From Marsupella aquatica (Eukaryota > Plantae > Marchantiophyta): DNA of 64,000 bases. The notes beneath the pieces were generated by a model that worked only from the letters and a program-made list of their open reading frames with translations, made no database searches and was not told where the DNA came from. How positions within the stretch are numbered: the stretch's first letter is position 1; each line of letters starts with the position of its first letter. Shown in pieces: positions 55,951-64,000 of the stretch. The DNA lies in the NCBI GenBank assembly GCA_973895155.1, contig OZ316892.1, forward strand, positions 21,019,619 to 21,083,618, given 5' to 3'. The translations under genes and the position numbers were made by a program.

Positions 55951-56572
55951 TCATTTGCTCTTTCTTCGTTCTTTCAGTTGCGGTCTGACCCTAGTACGCT
56001 TTCCCATTGTATATGCTGGACCTCTTGATCCCTCTGAAGGACTGTAAGTACCCGGTCCTGGCCCCGAAACTGGATCACTTGTTGAATGTCGACCAGCAAT
56101 TGTGAAAGCAGGTGCTGCTGTTCGTTTTGGAGTATTGTAAGTTCCAGGTCCTGGCCCTCTCTAGCCCTGAGCTAGATACCCTCCCTGCCATAGTGTATGA
56201 GGGACCATCTGGCGTGGATCTTGAGCTATATGACCCAGGACCTGGGCTGGTTTCACGACGATCTGAGCTATGCCGACCTGAGATTGAGAAAGCAGGTGAA
56301 GTCGATTGCTCAGGAAGTGTATACGCCCCCGGGCCAGGCCCATCTTGTCCGTGGGGCTGAGTTTGTCGACCATTAAATGTGTATGCAGGATTGCTTGGTC
56401 CAGAGTTAATATTGTAGGTCCCAGGACCAGGTTGATCGGCAGGATGTCCTGAGCTGTAGCGACCAGCTATGGTATATGCAGGTGCTGTGGCAAACGGGCT
56501 TGCTGCCCGTGAAGATCTCTGCACATTGTAAGTTCCTGGACCTGGTGTCTCTTCAGCAAAGTAGGGATCCAT
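55951..56572 (-). pseudogene. Second, shorter SHIPPO/ODF3-like paralogue with a frameshift at ~56160
   Basis: Starts MDPYFAEETPGPGTY. After an AG run the PGPG repeats continue in another frame to GPAYTMGKRTRVRP...TGA (55951), matching the neighbour's C-terminus GPAYTMGKRTRARP. Confidence 0.8.
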
Positions 56573-57424
56573 TTTTATCTCGAGTGATTTAAAGAATTCT
56601 TGGTAAAATGCCAACTCGGAGAGAGTCAGCTCAGCTGTGGCTAGAATGGTTAAATAGAAGGCCTTAACAATTTTTCACAGGATCTGGAATAGTTCGAGAA
56701 ACTTCAGTCTTGTACCCGGAGCTATTGTCAGTTACGTATCTTTTACTTCCCAATCTGAAGGTGTTTGTGGAGTGCTTGAGGCATACTACAAGTGCGTGTT
56801 GCACGGACACTGCAGAATTTTAGATGACTTTGGATCTTGCCTTTGACAGAGTATCTGTAGTTAGAGACTCAGTCAACGTAGAAAGCGACCTAAGGCCATT
56901 ATTACAAGGAAAAAAAGGAGCATGAGTTTTGGTTAATTGTTCTGATTTGTCTGATTACTCTTCTCCCCCCTTTACACCCTCTGGTTCCCTGCAGCGTAGC
57001 ACAGAGTAGCGATAATGATAACATTCACGCCTTGAGTTTACATCTCTTTAATTGGCAAAGCACCTGGACGCGAGAAAAGGTTAAAAATTAACCACACTCA
57101 TGCCATTCACAATGGCTCAGGTCTCGGCACTGCACATCAAAATATGACATATACTATGTATGGCACCCCTGTATACCGTGATAATCCTAGTTTTTTTCTT
57201 TGAATCAATGAATGCAACCACATTTTGATGTGTGATTACCAGCAGGGCAATGGCTCTTGGTCCTGGGAAGATCAGACCTCGAAGGCAACAAAGCTCACAG
57301 AATAAACCAGGTCTGTGACCAAAGAGCTGAGCTTTGTAGTCACTATAAAGACACCGACTCTTTAGTCACAAGAAGAAGACTCGAAGCCTTGTCTATCTGT
57401 GTCTATTTGGTTCACTATCAAGGC

Positions 57425-57610
57425 TTCACACTTGTATATTTAGGAATATGATCATATTATTTTGGACTCCTCTACTCTGGGATAACCTTTTTGTATATTT
57501 AGGAACATGGGCGTATTTTCCAGACTACTCTACCCTGGGGTACATGTACAATTCCTTACATATTTAAGAATCTGGGTGTATTATTCCAGACTACTGTACC
57601 CTGGGATACA
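57425..57610. repeat. Three diverged ~60-65 bp tandem units
   Basis: tatttaggaa...actactctaccctggg recurs three times. Confidence 0.6.
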
Positions 57611-57699
57611 CGAACGAGTATTGGGATTCGACCAGTAGTACGTCACTTTGTTCAATCAATTATGGGCAATTTAATGAGAGGCTCACATGTTTGCTGGGC

Positions 57700-59100
57700 A
57701 TCAAGGAACTAATAAATGGGCGAAGTATCTTCCTAGGTGTCACCCTAAAAGCTACAAGTGAGCTCTTTCCATGAAGTTTCTCACGACCAATGCTATAGCC
57801 CATGGCATTTTCACCCTTGCTTAGGACCATGAGGGAATTGTTAACCATGGACGGTTAGATAAGTGAGTTGGTTTCACGGTAACAAGTGTGAACAATCATT
57901 CGGCATCACTGTAAAGTTTCCAATAGGAAAATTTGGAAGAGTGTCTCTCCTTCGGCTTCAAATGATTCTTTCACAAGATGTTCATTTCCATCTCGACGGA
58001 AGCTATAAGTGGTGCGGCAACTTACCACATATTGCCTGTATGGATCTACTTGACACAACTATTCCAGTCTCCAAAGATTAAGTCTATGCGGAAACGTCAC
58101 TATGGTAGTCTGGTTATTGGATTGGTGTTGATGCAAGTTCAATATTCAAATCTGATATGGAATGATCTGATTCTGGTCATTGATAATCTAAGGGTCCCTA
58201 GTTGATGGCTTTTTCAACACCTATAGGTCCAACTATTATGAATGCTCCTGGCAGTGGATTCTATGTTAGCGTGCAACGCAAATTGTAGCTTTGGTGTCAA
58301 ACCATTTACCAATTGGCTTCATAATTGGTTTTGCCACTGACATTGTTCTGGGCTTTCATGAAGCCAATCTTGATAGCACAATACTACTCTACCATCGTGA
58401 ACCTACAGATTTTTGCAAGGGATGACTAAACTCATTATCGTAGAAGGTGTATTTACTGAGTGATGATCATGAACGTACAGACCATTGGTTCAATCATACT
58501 CACCTGAGTCAGTGAGGTTGAATTTGCTTTGCACTATTGACAAAGGCTTGCGGAAACTAGCCAATTTGTTCTCGCTGAGTCCTATAAGACCATTAATTTG
58601 TTGAGGTTGAGCTACAATACTCCTGAAGAAGGAAATATCCGTCTTATAGGACTCAGCGAGAAGCACATTGAGGACAATCCACCCACCAGCTTCCATTCAT
58701 GCTGGGAAACGTTGATTCAAAATGCCAAGTTTGTTTTCTAACGTAGTGTTGAACTTAATATCTGTAGTACCGTAAGATTTCACTGTTAGTGTATGTTTCA
58801 GATACCTTTCAAATTTTCCAGAAACTCAGAGCATTAGATATAATTTTCCACGCTCGGTAATGGGTTTGCTCCACAATTCAAAATTGTAACTATGGACGCT
58901 TATCCATTTAGGCCTTGATGACCTAGTTCAATCTAACTGATGAAAGGACTAGCATTGAAAACTTTGAAATTATAATGTCTGGATAATGGACAAATCCATA
59001 GTTGGGGTCTGCCATCTTCAAAGACCCTAAATTCTAAATTACAATTCCAAGAGTTGTGATTGGGTACTACGAAGAGGTGTTTATATACAAGTGGACAATA
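57700..59100 (-). mobile_element. Decayed LINE RT remnant
   Basis: The minus strand near 58330-58375 reads IGFMKAQNNVS (LDFxKAxDxV-like); no intact ORF. Confidence 0.3.
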
Positions 59101-59780
59101 TGAAAAGGTGTTTGACTGTTTAAAACCTTTTTCCTTGGAAATTACCTTAGGTATTGTACTGTTTCCGTCATGCATGCAAGTTTCATGCATGGAGTATCTA
59201 ATGTGGTATAGATTATTTGGACCAAGTACTGGATCTTGATTCAATTAGGGCCAAATTGCTAATTATCTGTACGTGTTCTATATCTAAGTATTTGAGTCAT
59301 ACTTCCCATAAGTCTTGCAAAGAAGGTTATATATCCTATCCACTATCTAACATTCTCTATGGGTTTACTTCTAGCTAAGCAGTTAAAATTTCCTCAGGAA
59401 CCTGTCACATATTTATCAAGTTGACATGATTCAAACTTCAAGAAATCCAAGATTGTGCAATCATGATGTCCTTTACAAAATTGTAGTTAATAAATTCAAT
59501 GACCTCTTGATTTGGAAAGCCCGTTATTAAGTGATATCCCCCTCCGTGCCAGTCCCCCAACATCAACCCAAGATTCTGTCATTCTTGCTGGAAAAAGATT
59601 GTTGGCATGAAAGGCCCATGTACATTTTTTTCTCAATACTCGATTCCAACGGATATGCCAGTTGAGACCATTGAGGCTCTGGATGCAGTTAAACTGTGTG
59701 AAGAGGCTCTTACCACCATTCAATATTGAAAATCTGTAGTTGAAGGGTCTATTTTCGATTTTATTTTGGAAGAAAAAGCA

Positions 59781-61133
59781 ATGGATGAGGCAAGTTCTAG
59801 TAGCCTTGCACGCCAACAAGAGGCAAGCTCCTCTTTGCCCATAGCAGTGTTGGAGGTGGACGACCTTGACCTCCCACCCTTGGCAAAGAGGAGGAAGCTT
59901 GATCATCATTCGAGAAGTGAAAAGATGGATCCCCAAGTATGGGGTAGATTACCAGATGATGCCATTGAACGAATCCTCTCATGGCTACCCATTCGCAATC
60001 TCTTCAAGTTTCGTTGCGTTTGCAAGAAATGGAAGAACATTGTTAGCAATCCTAGCTTCTTACAACTTTGCTCGCAGGCCCCGGGCCAAGGGCCATGGTT
60101 CGTTTTCTTTCTGGGAGATGACTACAACACAGGGTCATCATTTGATCCCACATCAAACAAATGGTACCCATTAACATTTCCGGCTTATCCAGGAATATCT
60201 CAAGGGCCAGTTGCCTCACATGGAGGTCTGATGTGCTCCTTGGTGGAGGCAACTAATGAAGAAAACAGGGGCCTTTTCTACATGTGTAATCCCCTGACCA
60301 AAGATTGGATTGAACTCCCTAGAATTCTCACAGACTTTGACAAGGTCCTAATTGAGTTGCCCTGCATGATCACGGACTTTGATACCATTGTGATGGGGAT
60401 AGAGGTTAATCCCACTACCAAATCTTACAAGGTTGTAGTGGCAGGATCTAACCCTCTGCCTGAATTGCTCAGTGATCAAGAAGTCCATATTGAGGATGCA
60501 GATGGGTGTGTAGTCAAAGCATTTTTGTATGACTCATCCATTCCTTGGGGTTGGAAGATTTCCAGCACCTTGGTCATTGAAGGGCAATTTACTAGCAAGA
60601 GTGTCATGTGTAATGGCTTGTTGTATTGCGTCAGAAGCCGACCTTTTGGATTGATTGCCTTTGATGTGGCCAGAGAGATTTGGATCGAGTTGGAAGTGGT
60701 CATGCCTAGACTACTCACTTGTTGCTTCCTGATTGAGAGTCAAGGGGTTTTGATGATGGTGGGAGGCTTGGGAAGGTTTGGAGTTACAACAAGTATCCAC
60801 ATTTGGCGGCTTTCATCCACTTTGCAATGGATGAAGCTGGAGAAGATGCCAAGGAGGCTTTTCAAAGAATTTTTCAAGTCATCCCCTTCCAAGTCCTTCA
60901 ATTGTATTGGGAATGGGGATTTGCTATATTTCAACTGCCACAAGAAGTCTCAAGGAGTTTTGTACGACTGTGATAGACACTCTTGGCATGCTGTACCACC
61001 TTGCCCCTTGCTAGCCACTAATCCTCTAACTGTGGTCAGAGGATTTTGCTTTACCCCTCGATTGGATGGAGCTGTTGATGGTCATTGCTTTCCTCTCGAA
61101 GGGGCTGGGCTTGGATTGGATTCTATAAACTAG
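59781..61133 (+). CDS. F-box protein with C-terminal kelch/FBA-like beta-propeller region; single exon
   Basis: F-box: WGRLPDDAIERILSWLPIRNLFKFRCVCKKWKNIV. Also ASHGGLMC, MCNPLTKDWIELP, YKVVVAG. First ATG at 59781 (the track starts at TTG 59766). Confidence 0.92.
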   Translation: MDEASSSSLARQQEASSSLPIAVLEVDDLDLPPLAKRRKLDHHSRSEKMDPQVWGRLPDDAIERILSWLPIRNLFKFRCVCKKWKNIVSNPSFLQLCSQAPGQGPWFVFFLGDDYNTGSSFDPTSNKWYPLTFPAYPGISQGPVASHGGLMCSLVEATNEENRGLFYMCNPLTKDWIELPRILTDFDKVLIELPCMITDFDTIVMGIEVNPTTKSYKVVVAGSNPLPELLSDQEVHIEDADGCVVKAFLYDSSIPWGWKISSTLVIEGQFTSKSVMCNGLLYCVRSRPFGLIAFDVAREIWIELEVVMPRLLTCCFLIESQGVLMMVGGLGRFGVTTSIHIWRLSSTLQWMKLEKMPRRLFKEFFKSSPSKSFNCIGNGDLLYFNCHKKSQGVLYDCDRHSWHAVPPCPLLATNPLTVVRGFCFTPRLDGAVDGHCFPLEGAGLGLDSIN

Positions 61134-62899
61134 ACTGACCCTTGATGCCCACCATTTGATGGCTGAAATATTAAACTATTTCATTGCCAAGTTATGAATT
61201 CAATCATGCCATGTTCTCGGCTCAGTTACATAGATATATTTTACTGCCTAGTTTGAGAGTAGATATCAAATTCACTTTTTAATACACAAAATGAATATTG
61301 GGATCCAGCGTATTTTTAGAATGATGCAATTTTTTTCAGTCAGATTCCACCTTCTCAAAAAAATTTCCCATTAACCAGTTTCCCACCTAGTCATAGACCC
61401 CATTTACCCCCTCCTTTAATTTACCAGGATCTAAGGGTGATCTAACGGTCAGGAGACAATTCAGGAAAAACAGATACTAAGGAACATTTGTAGCTGCATC
61501 TTCTCCTTCACAGATGCTGACATTCCCCCCACTAGCTAAAAAAGAGAACGTTAAAAAAGTACGCTATTGGGATCCCATTGAGCTAAAAGGCTTGGATCAA
61601 TATCCCATCCCCACTCATGACTCCATGATTTAACCAAGATAGAATTTATGGTCTCTTTCTAGATTTCTGGACTCATCATTTACAGAACCTTGAGTTCGAT
61701 TTGGGGTCCAACCTAAGTGTCAGAATGATCAACTCCCAGTGAACTTAGATTTGGGTTTTGGTAAAAACAGCCATATTCCAAACATTAGATTAGTTTCCAC
61801 AAATATGGGCTTCTGGCTGGTTAAGGTCAATGACATCCACTGAGGATCAAAATTAATCATGTCAGGCTCTCATAACAATATTTGCTTGGGGTCATAAAGA
61901 CCATACTAGAAATCATGTCTGGCAAGACTTGCTACAGAACATGAAGAGACCTTGTGGATTCAATAATTCTGTCTAAAAACAAATTATTTAACAATATTTC
62001 AGTTCAAGATTCAAGCCCAGGAATAGACAGTGCAAATCTTCTGGGGCTGCTTTCTAATGGCCTCTGGGTAGAAACTCTAGTTAATTTGCATGTAGTTGAT
62101 GCTGGGATGGACCATAAGGGGTTGACCTCAAGATTCCGGTAGACCAAGCACTTTTAATCTGGCACCGGAAAGGCAAGCATTTAGTATACAAATGAAAGGT
62201 GTTCTCTGCGTAATAAACATTGTTCCAGAGTGGTCCATGTGGGTTGCAAGATTCCATTGAAGCACCTTGTCAAACAATGTAATCTATGGGAGTTTAAGTT
62301 GCTCAATTTGCATTGGACATAGTTATGAACCCTGGGCTGACAGTGCAGAACTCTCAAACTTGTGAATATATAAAAGGACATCCATCATGAATGATTGTGG
62401 ATCAACAGGGTAACCACCCTAAGTCAGCAAAATCACAGATACCAGTTCACAAATGCAATTAATCACAACTCTTCCAAAATATGGGTCTGAACCAAAATTA
62501 ATCACACCTCTTCCAAGATAGGGGTCTGGACAAATCATATCTTAATGACACCTATCTCTCCCCCCCTCCCACTTTGTGACTTACTTCCCTAGACTCAACT
62601 CTAGTTTGCAGTGATGCCCCAGGACCATTTTGTCGACCAAATGAGTACTTGCATATGTACAAGACCATCTCCGATTTAAGGATGCCTGTGGATAGTTGTC
62701 CAGATCGACCAGACATCATGGATCGCTGATGCGTTTGATATCATGGCTTTTCAAGTAGCCCTCCTAGCTCCTTGCACCTTCATTAGTGACGAGCTTCGAT
62801 GCTGGTGGAAGATTGATAGCAAACACCATGACTTGCAGTAGATCCTGTGCTAATCGTGTCCATCAAGACAGCAATTGATTTGGTCTCGATCTTTGTCTG

Positions 62900-64000
62900 C
62901 GAATTCCCGTAGCGAGCAGCGGAGGTGCGGCGAGCAGCGGAGGTGGGGCGAGGTGCGGCAAAGCGGAGGTGCGTTTCAGGAGGCGTGGGGGTAATAATGA
63001 GGGTCCCCCGGCCCCCTGGAGCGGAGGTCGTCAGCCTGCGCTGACGCTCCCGGCTCAGCCCTGCGCCCGGGAAGGGTGGCCCTGGGCCCGGGACGAGTGG
63101 CCCTGCGCCCGGGTTTGACGGCCCTGGACCTGGGAAGGTTGCCCCCCCCCGGGTTGGGTTTTGGTTTCTTGGCGGCCCCAGTTGGGTTGGGTTTCTTGGC
63201 GGCCCGGTTTTCCTTGGCGGATTTGTGCTTGGCGGCCCCGGACCTGGTTTGGTTGGTGGGGCTGGGCCCCCACCATAGGCGGTACCCGTTCGCACTCTGG
63301 CTCCGTGCTTGCGGGGTTTTTTCATTCGGTCATTGGAGGCGTTCCTTCGGGTTACCAGGTTTTTGTGTTCGGCGCGACTTGCCACTACCGGGTTGAGGTT
63401 CTTTGCCTTGGACATCCATCCCTTGTTCCTTCATTTATGTTTTTGTTTTGCTCGAGCTTTCCGGTGTTGTTCTTGTACTCTTTTCTCATTGTTCCGTTCA
63501 TTTATTTTCGTTTCCTTTGCCCCACCCTTTATCCCAGCTTTTTCCCAGCATTTCCCCATGGAACCCCTCTCCTATCCTAGTTCACCACCTACCACTCTTG
63601 TCCCTATGGCTTCCCCATCTTCCACCCCTCGTTCAGCTCGCCGGATCCGCCCCTCTTCCCCCCCCCACTTCTCCTTCTGATTCCCGTGTCCAGTGTGATG
63701 CTTGTCATAGTTGGTACCAACCATCTGGTCTGACTCGCCATCGTCGCTCATGTCCTGCTCTTCGTGCTTCCTCCTCCTCTGTGCTTCCCCCTGCCCCCCT
63801 TCCCCCTCCCCCGTCTGGCCCCCCCTTCTTCCTGGGATTGGCTGGCCCACCTAGATGTCCTTGCGGCTCTTTACCCCGATTTCCGGCATCCTCGATTGTA
63901 TACCCGGATTCCTGTGCCCTTGCGGCCCCTGCTTCGACAGGCCTTTCGTCTTCCTTTTGACCGGCTGGCGCGTGACCCCACTGATGTTGGTGCCTGGTCC
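62900..64000 (+). mobile_element. Putative 5' end of a CRE/NeSL-like non-LTR retrotransposon (GC-rich leader + N-terminal zinc finger); runs off the window end
   Basis: Pro/Ser-rich start at ~63558, zinc finger QCDACHSWYQPSGLTRHRRSC (~63690-63753), then RIPVPLRPLLRQAFRLPFDRLARDP. Frameshifted. The RT is not within the window. Confidence 0.5.

Noticed and set aside
62783-63415. 210-aa Pro/Gly-rich ORF resembling the PGPG proteins
   Set aside because: It lacks the PGPGxY/PAYT periodicity and arises from GC-rich repeats in a putative TE leader.

Overview
Eukaryotic nuclear DNA, most likely from a non-seed land plant (inferred from plant-type genes, GT-AG introns and SHIPPO/ODF3-like flagellar genes). 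Host genes: a JmjN/JmjC/C5HC2 histone demethylase with an intronless CDS (-), a 13-exon DUSP/USP ubiquitin protease (+), two tandem PGPG/SHIPPO-repeat genes (-, one frameshifted) and a single-exon F-box gene (+). Much of the rest is decayed TE sequence (CRE-like and L1-like LINEs, Copia remnants). The standout is a ~10 kb Ty3/Gypsy retrotransposon (16330-26296, - strand, TG...CA ends, 4-bp TSD CAGG). Its single, now-disrupted polyprotein reads Gag-protease-C5 cytosine DNA methyltransferase (DNMT3-like)-RT-RNase H-integrase-PHD finger. It lacks two ordinary LTRs and has split direct repeats instead (B'...ORF...A'-B-A). These contain an internal CA-gc-TG end-to-end junction, with a candidate self-priming PBS and a PPT whose positions suggest integration at a site inside the LTR. 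All calls come from reading the sequence and ORF track by eye; no database searches were run.
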